A stretch of 64,000 nucleotides of DNA. Source: an uncultured virus (IMG/VR IMGVR_UViG_3300035698_019702) (lineage: Duplodnaviria > Heunggongvirae > Uroviricota > Caudoviricetes). Positions 8,912 to 19,745 of the stretch are shown here, in pieces. The stretch is from IMG/VR virus record IMGVR_UViG_3300035698_019702, one strand, 5' to 3'. Each line of letters starts with the position of its first letter. Position 1 is the first letter of the stretch. The notes below the pieces were generated by a model. It was not told the origin of the DNA, ran no database searches, and saw only the letters and a program-made list of their open reading frames with translations. The translations under genes were made by a program, and so were the position numbers.

Positions 8912-10099
8912 ATGCCAGTAGTAGCAGACACAATTTGCACAAGCACACAAGAGACCAATACTGGTCGTGCCAACTTGATTGCTCCAGAGCCTACCGGCCA
9001 CTACGCCAATATGGGTTGGGTTGGTTATGTGTGGTTCCAGAGCAACAAGCTGGGAGCCAATAACATTTTACGTGTTACATCAGCAGATGTTAACCTGTCC
9101 CAAGAGATAACCAAACCGGATGTCATCGATGGACGTATGGACCCTAGTACATACCAGTTTGGTCCAAAGATTGTTGAAGGCACTCTAACGATGCCTTTGA
9201 TCGCAGATACCCAAGACCCAGAAAACTGGACAGGTCGAGATTGTCCAGAGCTAGAAGACCTTACTGGTATTGCATCCTCGGTACTTAACAACGTTTGGTG
9301 CTGGGCAACTGCTCGCGGTGCTCAAGGCCGTCTTCTCTATGACGACGCTCGGCTAAACATTAGATATGCTAACCACGCCGGTTTCGTATTTGACAACTGT
9401 GTTATCAACACATACTCTCTTAGTGTTGCACAGCAAGACGTGGTAACATCAGACATTAATGTTATTGGGCGTGGTCGTGAACAGTCTGCAACATCTACTG
9501 GAAATACTCAGTATGCTGTTGAACCATCTATCACAGACTTCTTAGCTCCTGCTCGTGTCTTGACGTGGAACGATGTAACGGTTAATGGTATACGTGGTTG
9601 CCGTTTGAATGGGCAGCACTTGTTCTACTCAAATCAGGTTAGAGAATTCAGCATGGAAATTAACAACAATGCTGACAGATTCTACACCCTATGTGGATCA
9701 CTCTTCCCGGTTGATGTTAACGTAGGAAAGCGTGAGATTACTGGCTCACTCACCTTGATGGGGTTGCAGGATCGACTGCGTGACTTAGCTGAAACTAACC
9801 CAGAGCGGTTTACTGAAAAGAACGAAATTCGTTTAGCTTTCTATGTTGGTAATGATCGATATATTGGTGCTGATGCTGGTTTCTCTCCTCGTGATTGGAC
9901 TGATGACGAGAATGATGCATCACACTTGGGAGCCCTATGGTCTAAGAGAATTATGGGCGTCATATTCGAGATCGAAGAGATGAGCATGACTAACGAAGTA
10001 TTTGAAACTACTATCGCCTGGCATGCTATGGCAGATGACCAGTCGGCATACGAGGCATTTACGCCTCAAACCAGTCCGTCCTTCCCTGCATGGTCATAA
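8912..10099 (+). CDS. major tail tube protein
   Basis: REFSMEINNN...FPVDVNVGKREITGSLTL pattern typical of tube proteins; strong GAGGAGG SD; followed by terminator, chaperones and tape measure. Confidence 0.75.
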   Translation: MPVVADTICTSTQETNTGRANLIAPEPTGHYANMGWVGYVWFQSNKLGANNILRVTSADVNLSQEITKPDVIDGRMDPSTYQFGPKIVEGTLTMPLIADTQDPENWTGRDCPELEDLTGIASSVLNNVWCWATARGAQGRLLYDDARLNIRYANHAGFVFDNCVINTYSLSVAQQDVVTSDINVIGRGREQSATSTGNTQYAVEPSITDFLAPARVLTWNDVTVNGIRGCRLNGQHLFYSNQVREFSMEINNNADRFYTLCGSLFPVDVNVGKREITGSLTLMGLQDRLRDLAETNPERFTEKNEIRLAFYVGNDRYIGADAGFSPRDWTDDENDASHLGALWSKRIMGVIFEIEEMSMTNEVFETTIAWHAMADDQSAYEAFTPQTSPSFPAWS

Positions 10100-10104
10100 T
10101 GACT

Positions 10105-10144
10105 AACAAGAGGGGATGGGAGTAATCCTGTCCCCTCTTGTTTT
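10105..10144 (+). terminator. intrinsic terminator after tail tube gene
   Basis: AACAAGAGGGGATGGGA-GTAA-TCCTGTCCCCTCTTGTT hairpin running into TTTT. Confidence 0.85.
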
Positions 10145-10211
10145 CCATGTAAGTTCTCTATAACGTCGTGTATAATGAGTGTAACACTAAACTTAAGATG
10201 AGGACTGCACT

Positions 10212-10739
10212 ATGTCTATTATCATGGACGCTGGTAAACAGCTAATTGCCATTGATTTGTATTATATCGAGAAAAAGAAGATTCACGGCAATTCAGTTTT
10301 TCATGTTATTAAGAGCAAAGATGAAATGGATTATTGGACAGACAGGGATTATGTTCTTGAAAACAAAGTTCCAAAAGACGAAAACGGACCCACTGTCCCT
10401 GAAGACAAAATTATCAACATCTTGCAAACACACTGGAAGTCTTTATCATGGCGAGATCAAAATACAGTCTTCACTAAATCTATAAGGCAAATTCAGAGGC
10501 CCGATGGCTCATTTTCAGCAGAAATCGATACTATTACTTATCGAGATCAAAAACTCAAGACTTGTCTCAGAAAATGGGACTTGACTGGTCCAGACGGTCA
10601 AAACCTTGAAGTTACTGAAGGGTTAATTGACAACCTCAATCCCGTAATTGCTCAAGAACTTCTTTCTGCTTTTGAAAAAGTGACCGAACCTACTGAGGAA
10701 GACTTAAAACAAGACGACACCATTGCAACACAGATTTGA
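10212..10739 (+). CDS. tail assembly chaperone (G-like)
   Basis: Between tube and tape measure; CLRKWDLTGPDGQNLEVTEGLIDNL pattern; ends shortly after PTEEDLKQ. Confidence 0.65.
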   Translation: MSIIMDAGKQLIAIDLYYIEKKKIHGNSVFHVIKSKDEMDYWTDRDYVLENKVPKDENGPTVPEDKIINILQTHWKSLSWRDQNTVFTKSIRQIQRPDGSFSAEIDTITYRDQKLKTCLRKWDLTGPDGQNLEVTEGLIDNLNPVIAQELLSAFEKVTEPTEEDLKQDDTIATQI

Positions 10740-10786
10740 TAAACGTGTTGTATTGAACTGTCAGACATAGAAATACTAACACTGTA

Positions 10787-11419
10787 ATGATTGTCCTGAA
10801 TCCAACTCAGCTAATTAGCATACCACTGGAATATGTTGACCCCGCAACTAAAGAATCATATGACATGATTGGGTGTTGGAAAGTATTATCTTGGTCAGAA
10901 CATAATAAAGTGTATAGCAGAAGTATCCAAGGAGATAATCTTGATAGTATATTATATAGAGACGGAAAGCTAAAAACCTGTCTCAAGAAATTAATAATCA
11001 ACAAAGAGAACGTTGATCTTGATGATGACGTGATTGACAATCTGCCCGCCAGATTAGCAAGTAATTTGATAGGTTCCTTTGAGAAATACTTTGAACCATC
11101 AGAAGATGACTTAAAACAACTTGAATCAGTGTCATACGCTTTTTTTAAGGGTCAACATGTCTCAGGTGTTATGCCCCAATATTTATACGAGCACTTACTG
11201 GCCAATCATTATAGCTGGTCATTACCTGAAATACGATCAATGAGCAATTATGATTTTCAGGTGCATTTGCGGGTATGTCTCGTAAGAGAAAGAATTGAGA
11301 ACGAGTTTAGAGTAACCCTGGCCGGTGGAAAGTCAGGAGGAAAAACATCGGGCTCAGGGAAGTATGGACGGGAGACCGTGCATAAGAAATTTGACCCTGT
11401 CAAGGGTGATTTTGTATAG
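10787..11419 (+). CDS. tail assembly chaperone paralog with C-terminal extension (GT-like)
   Basis: Paralog of 10212..10739 (YRDGKLKTCLKK, IDNL, FEK..EPSEDDLKQ) plus a HYSWSLPEIRSMS extension. Confidence 0.65.
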   Translation: MIVLNPTQLISIPLEYVDPATKESYDMIGCWKVLSWSEHNKVYSRSIQGDNLDSILYRDGKLKTCLKKLIINKENVDLDDDVIDNLPARLASNLIGSFEKYFEPSEDDLKQLESVSYAFFKGQHVSGVMPQYLYEHLLANHYSWSLPEIRSMSNYDFQVHLRVCLVRERIENEFRVTLAGGKSGGKTSGSGKYGRETVHKKFDPVKGDFV

Positions 11420-11429
11420 GAGTGATATC

Positions 11430-11804
11430 ATGGATATTTTTGTACGAGAATCGGATACTGTAAACGTTGATGTTTACGCTTGGAACAACTCAGAAACCGG
11501 CGACATTGCTGCCAGTAATGAAGATGCAGATGTTCCAAAAGGAGTAGAGGCTCAGATTATCAAATGTGTGTTTAGGCGACCAACATATCAGGATACCAAT
11601 GGCATCCTACGAACAGCCAGTAGGGCAGGTGATTTAACTAGTCCAGATATAATGTCTTTTCAAGATGCTCTCATTAGAACATTGTTATTATCTGTTACAT
11701 CAGGTGACACGACAACAGATATGCGACAAGCTAAAATTAATGCCTTACACCCGAATATTGCGAGAGCAGCTATTGCTGGTGTTGTGCAGAAAGTGACGAT
11801 TTAA
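11430..11804 (+). CDS. third chaperone-like protein
   Basis: ATG at 11430 with AGGAG SD; FRRPTYQD...INALHPNIA resembles IDNLNPVIA of the upstream chaperone. Confidence 0.55.
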   Translation: MDIFVRESDTVNVDVYAWNNSETGDIAASNEDADVPKGVEAQIIKCVFRRPTYQDTNGILRTASRAGDLTSPDIMSFQDALIRTLLLSVTSGDTTTDMRQAKINALHPNIARAAIAGVVQKVTI

Positions 11805-11840
11805 ACAAGGTATTGATTCTGGGTATAAGTATATTATACT

Positions 11841-12128
11841 ATGGATGATAACTATGCACAACTTATGCCACCAGAGGAAACTAGAGACCTCAAACCGAAG
11901 TTGCCAGGTGAACACACTAAAAAGAACTGGAATGATGCTAAAAAATGGTGGAGTGATTTCTCCAACTTCACTCGTAGCGTTTGGCAAAATCCCTACGAAA
12001 CTGATGTCAGTTGGCATAAACTAAATGCTGAACGTCTAAAACGTGGTAGAGGTGGACGTAAACCCAACTGGCTGCAATTATCCAAGCTCTCTCCAGAACT
12101 TAGAAACCTATACGATAAAATAAGATAA
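11841..12128 (+). CDS. small hypothetical protein
   Basis: 95-aa Trp/Lys-rich ORF after an AT-rich promoter-like spacer. Confidence 0.55.
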   Translation: MDDNYAQLMPPEETRDLKPKLPGEHTKKNWNDAKKWWSDFSNFTRSVWQNPYETDVSWHKLNAERLKRGRGGRKPNWLQLSKLSPELRNLYDKIR

Positions 12129-12136
12129 TCTGACTT

Positions 12137-15100
12137 ATGGCTGAACTAGACCCAATTGAGAAGAAGTTAGTTCTTACTATTGAAGAACACTTGGCTGGAG
12201 CGATGAAAGCTGCGGGTGAGTTACGTTCTGTTAAAGAGTCTGCCGAGAAAGCGGCTAAAGGTCTTGATAAGTACAGCAAATCAGCAGAGAAATCTACAAA
12301 AGCAATCGATCGATCCACAAAATCTTGGATGCATATGGTTGGAGCGACCAAGATTTTGACAACATCTCTTCGACGTGTTGCGCTGGGATTTGGTCTTCTC
12401 GCTGTTGGATTAACAAAGCTTTGGAGTGGACTCGTACAAAACCAACAAGCATTCCTTGATTTGGCTATGGCATCGGTAAATTCGACTAACGTAGTAAGCC
12501 GACTAATGTCTTCTGTTGATAAAGCGACTAGCAGTTTTGACAAGGCTTCTATATCTTACCTAGATGCTGCTGAGGCACTAGCTGCATTCAAAAGTGAATC
12601 TTATGGTACTGCGGTAGCCCTCGAATCTATCGCAGGATTAAGTGACCAGTTGACAGAGGTGTTTCAAACTATATCTGCTCGGAAAGGCGAAGATACAGCT
12701 AAAAGTCTACTGTCTGAACTACAAAATTTTGGTCTTGCGGGATCTCAGATACAAAAAATTACGAGCCTTGCTATGGAGAATACAGATGAAGCAAGGGCCA
12801 AGTTAATTGGGTTTATCAAAGGTATTAGCTCTACCGATCTGACAGACTGGGCAAAGAGGTTTGGCAAGGCTGTCCAAGTAATTGGCGAGGATGAGTCACA
12901 AACAAAGGGTATTCTGTCATGGAAGAAATTCTGGACAGAACTAAATGCTTTGTACGAGAATTTTGGCACGAAGCTTTTTAAACAACTGAGCGATAAAGTT
13001 GCAACAATGTTTGACAAAATTGAGAGCTACTTCCCCCAAATTATATCATCGGTTGGCACTGCTATTGATTGGATAACATCACACTTTGATGAGTTGGTTA
13101 CCGTATTTAATATGGTCATAGATACTATAGTCTGGGCAGTAAAATCGTTTTCTGAACTTGGTAAAACTATGAAATACGTAGTAGGGATCGCAGCAGGGCT
13201 AAGTGGTGCTTTACTTTTTCTTCCAGGTCTCGCTCCTATGCTATTTGGCGCCGGTAAGGCAGCATGGTATTTAGGTACGCATCTCGGGGGCATTCTCGGG
13301 GGCATTGGTTTAGCTGGTGGTGCATTCTTGAGATTCGGTAAAACATTGGCTGGAGTCGGTTGGCTCGGTGCAGTAAGAGGAGCTACGTTATTAGGTACAG
13401 CAGCCAAACTGATGCTTAGTCCTATTGGGATCATTATAATAGCTACCACTGCCGCTCTCAAACAATTTTACACTTGGTTCTCCAAAGGCCCCGAGTTTAC
13501 TTGGGGTGGAAAAATCACGGACTGGCTTTTCGATTATGAAAAGAAAATAGACAAAATCCAAAAGAAGAATGTTCGATACAAGAGTAGTTGGTTTGGTTTT
13601 GGCACCAAAGAAGTTAGCGAACAAGACTGGATGAAGGAAGATTATGATCGCAAAAAGGAAAGTGGGAAACTTAGGACTGACGAGCAGACTTTTGACGATT
13701 ATTATAAGGAACAGAAGCGAAGGGACCGTGAAGTTGCAGAGGCACAAAAGAAGCGAGATAGCCTGAAATCTTCTGCTGCTAAAAATGCAGATGAAGCAGC
13801 CAAAAAAGCAATAGAGGCGGCCAAGGCAGAAGAAAAAGCCATTGCTGCCGTCGCGGACGCCGCTGCTAAAAAGTTAAAAGGTATTGAAGAGTATAATGTT
13901 GCAATGGCTAATGCCCTTAGTCTGGTTGGTCCTGACGAATCTTCACAAGCTCAAGCAAAATTGGGTATGGCCGGTCAACAATGGAAAGCCTTGCAACCAG
14001 GTATAGAATCTGCTACACAAGGAGCAGAACAACTTTCTAAAATTATAGATACCCTTGGCCCTAGTCCTGCAACTAACCGAGCTGTGGATGAGCATCTTGC
14101 ACTTGTAGAAGCAATGGTTCCAATGTGGAGACAAGCAGCTGACGACGCTGTAGCTGCTGCTAAAGCTCAGTTGGCAGTAGCTACGGATGCTAGCGAAAGA
14201 CAATCATCCGCGAAAGTTTACACGGATGAGCTTGCCAAACAGGCCAAGTTAAATGAAGCTATTGCTACGCAAATACATCTAAGAATCAAAGCGTCAGAGA
14301 AGATGGCAAGTTTAGAGGGGATGCGAGTACAAGCGGCAAAAACCGGCCTGGAAATTACCAAGGCAACATACGGGGCAGCTGGCTTGTCTGTCAAAGCTCA
14401 ATGGAACGTCGTAGAGTCGTTGCAAGCACAAAAAGAATATCTAAAAAAAGCTCATACAGACACGTTGAAACAGATTGAATTGGAAAAACAACGAGATGGC
14501 AGGGTGTCCCAAACGGCTTTAGAGCAGGAATTGCGATTACGTAATGAGATACTCGGTATTGAATCTGAACAAGTTAACATGCTCAAGGAGCTGCGTGATG
14601 GTTATCTCTCTGCTGTCAATGCTCAGGCGTTAGGAGCAGGTAAGTTTGAGAAGATAATTATCACTCAAGAGAAGAACTTGAGAATTGGCTTAGATAAGAG
14701 GATGGTGAAGTACAACTTCCTCCTAGGTGCTGTAGGTGAAGCTGCCAAACGTAGTAACGTACCTATCGTAAGATTTAGTTCTGGTGAATATGGTCTTGAG
14801 AAGATAGGTGGCGGCATGATGACTGACGAAGATATTAAAAAGCATCAAGAAGAGATTCAGATTAACATGACAGATAATGTTAGCAGGGGTGCTGCCGCTG
14901 CTGCTACCCAACTTATTTTTGAAATTATGGGTAACGTCGATGGGGGCCTTAGACAAATAGGAAAATCTGTTGGTCTGTTTGATAATGTAATCAATAAAGC
15001 TAATATTGCCCAGAAGCGATATGGTGCTTTTATTGGAGAGACTCCCAGTAGTTCCGTTGTTTTTGGTGAGGCTCAGCGATCAGGCAAAATTCCCGCTGCT

Positions 15101-15616
15101 GCTACTGGATTAGAGAAGACAAGTAAGACAACTCCAGTAAAGGTAGAAATTGAACCAGTCAAATCCAATACCAACGTCCCATCTGTTGGGGTGTCAGATA
15201 TTATTCCACAACAAACAAAGGACTTACATATGTTTTTGGCTACGAGTGCTACAAGTGCTATAAATAGTGCTGCTAAAGGCATTTCTCAATTATTAGACCA
15301 AATGGCTATTGTATCTAATAGTAAACTTAGTGAGCCCATCATGCGTGTCGCGGCTATGATTGCACCATCTGAACCTACGATAAGATCGGTTGCACCAACA
15401 GTAGCAGAAACCGATAGTAACGCTGTTCGCAAAACGACCCCCCGTAAGGTAGGATCTACTGGCCAGGGTGGTGGTAAAGTGACACAACTTTTTAGAGAAG
15501 GTTTTGCCAAAATGTTCGAGGCCGCTGCTATTATTGACGATCTAGTGGATGATAATGCAGAAGTTGAATTCACTAGACCCGGCAGAGAAGGTGGCCGTGT
15601 CGTTAAAGGTTCGTAA
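12137..15616 (+). CDS. tape measure protein
   Basis: 1159 aa, Ala/Lys-rich helical composition, Gly-rich hydrophobic segments; follows the chaperones. Confidence 0.8.
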   Translation: MAELDPIEKKLVLTIEEHLAGAMKAAGELRSVKESAEKAAKGLDKYSKSAEKSTKAIDRSTKSWMHMVGATKILTTSLRRVALGFGLLAVGLTKLWSGLVQNQQAFLDLAMASVNSTNVVSRLMSSVDKATSSFDKASISYLDAAEALAAFKSESYGTAVALESIAGLSDQLTEVFQTISARKGEDTAKSLLSELQNFGLAGSQIQKITSLAMENTDEARAKLIGFIKGISSTDLTDWAKRFGKAVQVIGEDESQTKGILSWKKFWTELNALYENFGTKLFKQLSDKVATMFDKIESYFPQIISSVGTAIDWITSHFDELVTVFNMVIDTIVWAVKSFSELGKTMKYVVGIAAGLSGALLFLPGLAPMLFGAGKAAWYLGTHLGGILGGIGLAGGAFLRFGKTLAGVGWLGAVRGATLLGTAAKLMLSPIGIIIIATTAALKQFYTWFSKGPEFTWGGKITDWLFDYEKKIDKIQKKNVRYKSSWFGFGTKEVSEQDWMKEDYDRKKESGKLRTDEQTFDDYYKEQKRRDREVAEAQKKRDSLKSSAAKNADEAAKKAIEAAKAEEKAIAAVADAAAKKLKGIEEYNVAMANALSLVGPDESSQAQAKLGMAGQQWKALQPGIESATQGAEQLSKIIDTLGPSPATNRAVDEHLALVEAMVPMWRQAADDAVAAAKAQLAVATDASERQSSAKVYTDELAKQAKLNEAIATQIHLRIKASEKMASLEGMRVQAAKTGLEITKATYGAAGLSVKAQWNVVESLQAQKEYLKKAHTDTLKQIELEKQRDGRVSQTALEQELRLRNEILGIESEQVNMLKELRDGYLSAVNAQALGAGKFEKIIITQEKNLRIGLDKRMVKYNFLLGAVGEAAKRSNVPIVRFSSGEYGLEKIGGGMMTDEDIKKHQEEIQINMTDNVSRGAAAAATQLIFEIMGNVDGGLRQIGKSVGLFDNVINKANIAQKRYGAFIGETPSSSVVFGEAQRSGKIPAAATGLEKTSKTTPVKVEIEPVKSNTNVPSVGVSDIIPQQTKDLHMFLATSATSAINSAAKGISQLLDQMAIVSNSKLSEPIMRVAAMIAPSEPTIRSVAPTVAETDSNAVRKTTPRKVGSTGQGGGKVTQLFREGFAKMFEAAAIIDDLVDDNAEVEFTRPGREGGRVVKGS

Positions 15617-18600
15617 TGGCTGGATTTGCTGGTATCTGTGGGACATCAGGCAGACGGTGCAAACTAGTATGGTCGAATACTTTTCTAACACGAACTCAAG
15701 TTGGCACATACCCTTCAGAACTACTCCCCTCAAGACGTACTATTTGGCATGCTTCCGCGGGTGGGGGCTATAATTACAATCCAGCAGGGACAGCCCTCGG
15801 AGGAACTGGAAGCGGTGGTTCAATTTCTGGCCTCGGGTTAGTAGATTCTTTTGCAGGTTTTGGTCTATATGGGTCAGATGTTCAGATAGATTTTTTTCGA
15901 CCTAAGAGTCAAGTAGTAGTTATCTTTGCTCGAACTCAGAACCGTATTAACATTCCACATGTGTTAACCAGAGCAGAGATAGAATCAGCCGATCCTGTAA
16001 GTGGAACAATAGAGATTAATTTGGGAGAATACGTTTTCGAGGCTATTGCTGTTACTGATACTCAGGAAATTGTGGGTGATATCTGGAAGGAAATACAAGA
16101 TGCCACTAACGATGCGGATATATTGGAGGATGATTACGGTCAATCAGAAGAAGCGGAAGATCGCAATTTTCGCAAACTGATAGAAGCAACCAATTCTATA
16201 CCTGAAGAATCACAACGATTAGAAGGTATAGTTAGTAATAAGTTGGGTATTGAATATAGACTTGATAATGGTGGTCCGAAATCAACAGCCATATTTGGTG
16301 AGAGGACTAAACCTAACTACCGAGATGGATCGACCCGCAAGATCACTATGAACGTTGTTTTTAGCAGAGATGCTGAAGGCAACCTAGAGAACACTCTCAA
16401 ACCAGGAACAGTGGTTTACCTGACTTACGTAGCAATTAAAGAACATTATATTCGTCAAGTTTTGCATGTATCATGGGTTTTCTCTGCACAATCACTTCCA
16501 CCACAATGCTATGCTATGGCTATAGCGATAAGGGCAGCAAATTACAGATTCTATGAGTGGGAAGTAGAGAACGATGATCCACAAGGTTTGCCGATATTGC
16601 TCGGTGGTTGGCGGGCTGTTGAGTCGTTTGGCTGCCCGGTTAATATAGCTGCTTTAGTACCACCATACGATGATTCCAATATTGCTATGTTTGGATATGG
16701 TAGTGCTGATGGTCCCACAAGGATGAGCTACCTGCCCATCGGAGTCACAGAGAATAATCTAAATGCGTTTATAGATAACCGTTCTACTTTGCCATATTAT
16801 ACTTTAGTGTTTAATGAACGTGACGTAGAAGGAGCAACTTATATAATACCAGCAGATGATGAATACAAAAAATCATCGTGGTATTTAGGTGGAACAGTAC
16901 CTAGATTACGCCGAGGTTGGGATATCGACCGCCATGCCTTCTTTAATGTTCATCCTAAAGCACTTAAAAAGCGTGACGTAGACAAATTTGCTATTGAACG
17001 ATCTTTGGCAGAAACACTTGAGACAGAGGCCAAGGCAGGGAAAAAGACTTTCTTCCCGTTTTGGGATGGAGTTGATGATCTAGTAGAAGGCGAGATTAAC
17101 TTTTTAGATGCGTCAAATACTAGATTCGAACCCATACAACCTGTTCAGGCTGGTTGGTTTGGTGAAATGCAGTGTGGATCAGTAGGAGGAAGTGTATTAT
17201 TTCCCGCAGGTGGACCATCTCCAAGTGGAGATGTTGTTGCCTTTTTTCAAATGGAAAGCCCAATCATCACAGAGAAATTTGCCAAAGAAACTAGAGTACT
17301 TGTTGAACGACATTTTACAACAGGACAAGTTAATCCTGCCATCGTGGCTATTGAGGGTGCGGCAGGGTCAGTTGCAGGATTGTCATGTATTGGTGATCCA
17401 TCTGATCACTTCGCTTACACTGTACATAGCAACGAAGGATTCTTGCATATCAACGATTTCCAGAATGGATATGTGGCTCAAGGAATGAGAGCCCTGACAT
17501 ACAGGCCAGATAAACCACCACTATTAACAGCGGATAACTTAAACCCTGTTCCAACTGATTATGAAAGGTATGTTGGTTTCTCTGGAATGTTAGGGGATAA
17601 GCACGGATATAAGCCTGGTCGATACCTTAGCTTGTCAGCTTATGCTCCGAGAGAGGCTTTTATCTACAAAAGTACTGCTAAAGACAATCTGGCACGATCT
17701 CGTGGTCTTGATGTCGAAGAAATTGAAGACCTGGTTGTTGAACACAAGGATAACATGATATCAATCGACCTCAATGGTCATGGGTTTTATGGTATTACCG
17801 AAATCGAATACTTATATCATGGTACAAAACACGTTGAAACTTTGATGAGGTTGAAGAATGGTGAAAGTCTAAGTGGGGTAGTTGATGAAGTAGACGTTCC
17901 TATAGGCCATCATGTACTTAAATTAGATCATCGATGGATGCAGGGCAGCAAAATCGAGTTGGTGGATATTCCTCAAGACAAGTTTAAGTTAATCAGAGTC
18001 ACTGTCATGCAATTGGCTGACTCTTATGCTGAGGATATGCTCAGAAACGAAACTTCGAGTAGCCCTGAGGCCGCAGATACCTTAATAAAACGACTAGAAG
18101 ATCGCAGTGTATTGGTCGAAACCGATATTATGAGCGTTGGCGAGGATAGCCATAGTAGGTTGTTCGTTTTCTTTAACGACAAGGATAACGGAATTTCATG
18201 TCTTGAAAGTGATGATTTTGGAATCAACTGGAGTTTCCATTATGGTATCATAGAACAAATATCTAACCTTACATCTCTAAACCCGTTTGTGCTACAAAGT
18301 TTTGAACGAAATAAAGCTTGGGTATTCTACCAGTTTATGGGTGGCAAAATTATGTGTAAGCAAATCGATTACCCGCTATTCAATGTTGACGATGCTAATC
18401 TTATTGAACGAACAAGCGATGTTTTGCAGGAAGCTACAAATCAAGCATCTACTAAAGAGACTCTAGGTTTAAAAGAAGACGAGACAGCGTTGATTGAATT
18501 ACCCAGCATATACACTGAGGATGGGGTTCAATTACGTCGTAAGACAACATCATATGTTGTTGCCGGTGACTTGACTGATGAAGAGTTTTTGAGGTTAACG

Positions 18601-19734
18601 GGTCGAGATTTGGAAGGTAAAGAGTATGATCCGTTCCAAAAAAGGTTGAAGACCAACCCGGCTGGTGGCAGTGATCTAATAATAGTTGATTACAGGTATC
18701 CTGTAGCAATAGGTAGTAACACTGCGTTTACCAACAAGGACATAGAGGACATTCATTTCTCTGCCTACCGAAAAGTAAATGGAGAGATGAAATTGTTCTT
18801 TATGGCTCCCACTAAACCAAATGGTGATTTTATGCTTCAAGCCAGGTTTAGTAACGATAATGGTATTAACTGGTATGACTTATGGGAGTACATTGAATTT
18901 GGTTTTGACAGACTCAGATTTGACCGGGAGAGGAAGACTCAATTCATAGACACTTCTTCTGATGGAGGTCGTGGTTCTATGTCTGGAACTGATCCTACAG
19001 AGGGTAGTCAAGATGCAGAATTCGGGATAAACTTGCATTGGTCGAGGCTAAAAAAACATAAAATAGAAGGAGATGATAACTTAAATGTAGAATCTGATTC
19101 AGAGGTGCTTCCTGTTTCAGCCCCATATGCCTTTTATCATCACGATACTGATTCAGTTTTTCTTTTTTACATCTATGAGGGTTGTCTCCTTTGCAAGCAT
19201 TTCGCAGATCACGCTTTCAAACAGGCTGCTTCAAACAAAGAAGCAACTGGAGGAGGTATCGACGAAACACCAATGGGTGGCCTCAAGAAGTTTCTTGAAA
19301 GGCGTTTGAGAGCTGATTTTATAGATGGTGAGTTGAAGAACATCAAAGAAGAAGTCCATTATCTCTACAACGAGGACACTGAAGAGAGACTCCTAGAAGG
19401 GAATATAGTTTTTCCTTACCCACAAACGGTTGACACATTTGATGATAACCGGCGTATCTCAACTCAAAGAGTATGTGCTTATGCCTTACGCAACGGAAAT
19501 GTCAGGGTATTCTACAAGAATGTAGGGGGCGAGCTAAAGGCAGCATTATGGGATGGAAGAACTTGGATGCCAGAAGATTTGATGAGAAACGATTCCAAAC
19601 TTGAACCATTTGACTTTGAATCTTGGGAAGGTGCTAATGGAGTAGTCGGAGGGTTTAGTGATGAAAAATTCTCTGGCAGTGCTGGCCATAGAAGTGGTGC
19701 TGTAGGTGGGCCTAGTAGTGGTGCGGGAGCATAA
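15616..19734 (+). CDS. large tail-tip/baseplate protein with Asp-box motifs
   Basis: 1372 aa; two Asp-box-like motifs (SDDFGINW, SNDNGINW); TAATG coupling to tape measure. Confidence 0.55.
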   Translation: MAGFAGICGTSGRRCKLVWSNTFLTRTQVGTYPSELLPSRRTIWHASAGGGYNYNPAGTALGGTGSGGSISGLGLVDSFAGFGLYGSDVQIDFFRPKSQVVVIFARTQNRINIPHVLTRAEIESADPVSGTIEINLGEYVFEAIAVTDTQEIVGDIWKEIQDATNDADILEDDYGQSEEAEDRNFRKLIEATNSIPEESQRLEGIVSNKLGIEYRLDNGGPKSTAIFGERTKPNYRDGSTRKITMNVVFSRDAEGNLENTLKPGTVVYLTYVAIKEHYIRQVLHVSWVFSAQSLPPQCYAMAIAIRAANYRFYEWEVENDDPQGLPILLGGWRAVESFGCPVNIAALVPPYDDSNIAMFGYGSADGPTRMSYLPIGVTENNLNAFIDNRSTLPYYTLVFNERDVEGATYIIPADDEYKKSSWYLGGTVPRLRRGWDIDRHAFFNVHPKALKKRDVDKFAIERSLAETLETEAKAGKKTFFPFWDGVDDLVEGEINFLDASNTRFEPIQPVQAGWFGEMQCGSVGGSVLFPAGGPSPSGDVVAFFQMESPIITEKFAKETRVLVERHFTTGQVNPAIVAIEGAAGSVAGLSCIGDPSDHFAYTVHSNEGFLHINDFQNGYVAQGMRALTYRPDKPPLLTADNLNPVPTDYERYVGFSGMLGDKHGYKPGRYLSLSAYAPREAFIYKSTAKDNLARSRGLDVEEIEDLVVEHKDNMISIDLNGHGFYGITEIEYLYHGTKHVETLMRLKNGESLSGVVDEVDVPIGHHVLKLDHRWMQGSKIELVDIPQDKFKLIRVTVMQLADSYAEDMLRNETSSSPEAADTLIKRLEDRSVLVETDIMSVGEDSHSRLFVFFNDKDNGISCLESDDFGINWSFHYGIIEQISNLTSLNPFVLQSFERNKAWVFYQFMGGKIMCKQIDYPLFNVDDANLIERTSDVLQEATNQASTKETLGLKEDETALIELPSIYTEDGVQLRRKTTSYVVAGDLTDEEFLRLTGRDLEGKEYDPFQKRLKTNPAGGSDLIIVDYRYPVAIGSNTAFTNKDIEDIHFSAYRKVNGEMKLFFMAPTKPNGDFMLQARFSNDNGINWYDLWEYIEFGFDRLRFDRERKTQFIDTSSDGGRGSMSGTDPTEGSQDAEFGINLHWSRLKKHKIEGDDNLNVESDSEVLPVSAPYAFYHHDTDSVFLFYIYEGCLLCKHFADHAFKQAASNKEATGGGIDETPMGGLKKFLERRLRADFIDGELKNIKEEVHYLYNEDTEERLLEGNIVFPYPQTVDTFDDNRRISTQRVCAYALRNGNVRVFYKNVGGELKAALWDGRTWMPEDLMRNDSKLEPFDFESWEGANGVVGGFSDEKFSGSAGHRSGAVGGPSSGAGA

Positions 19735-19745
19735 GGGAGTCTATA

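Noticed and set aside
10701..10787. Programmed frameshift fusing the two chaperone ORFs
   Set aside because: No canonical XXXYYYZ heptamer, and both alternative frames stop before 10787
11325..11429. ORF-track start at 11325
   Set aside because: Overlaps the upstream gene by ~95 nt; ATG 11430 has an AGGAG SD
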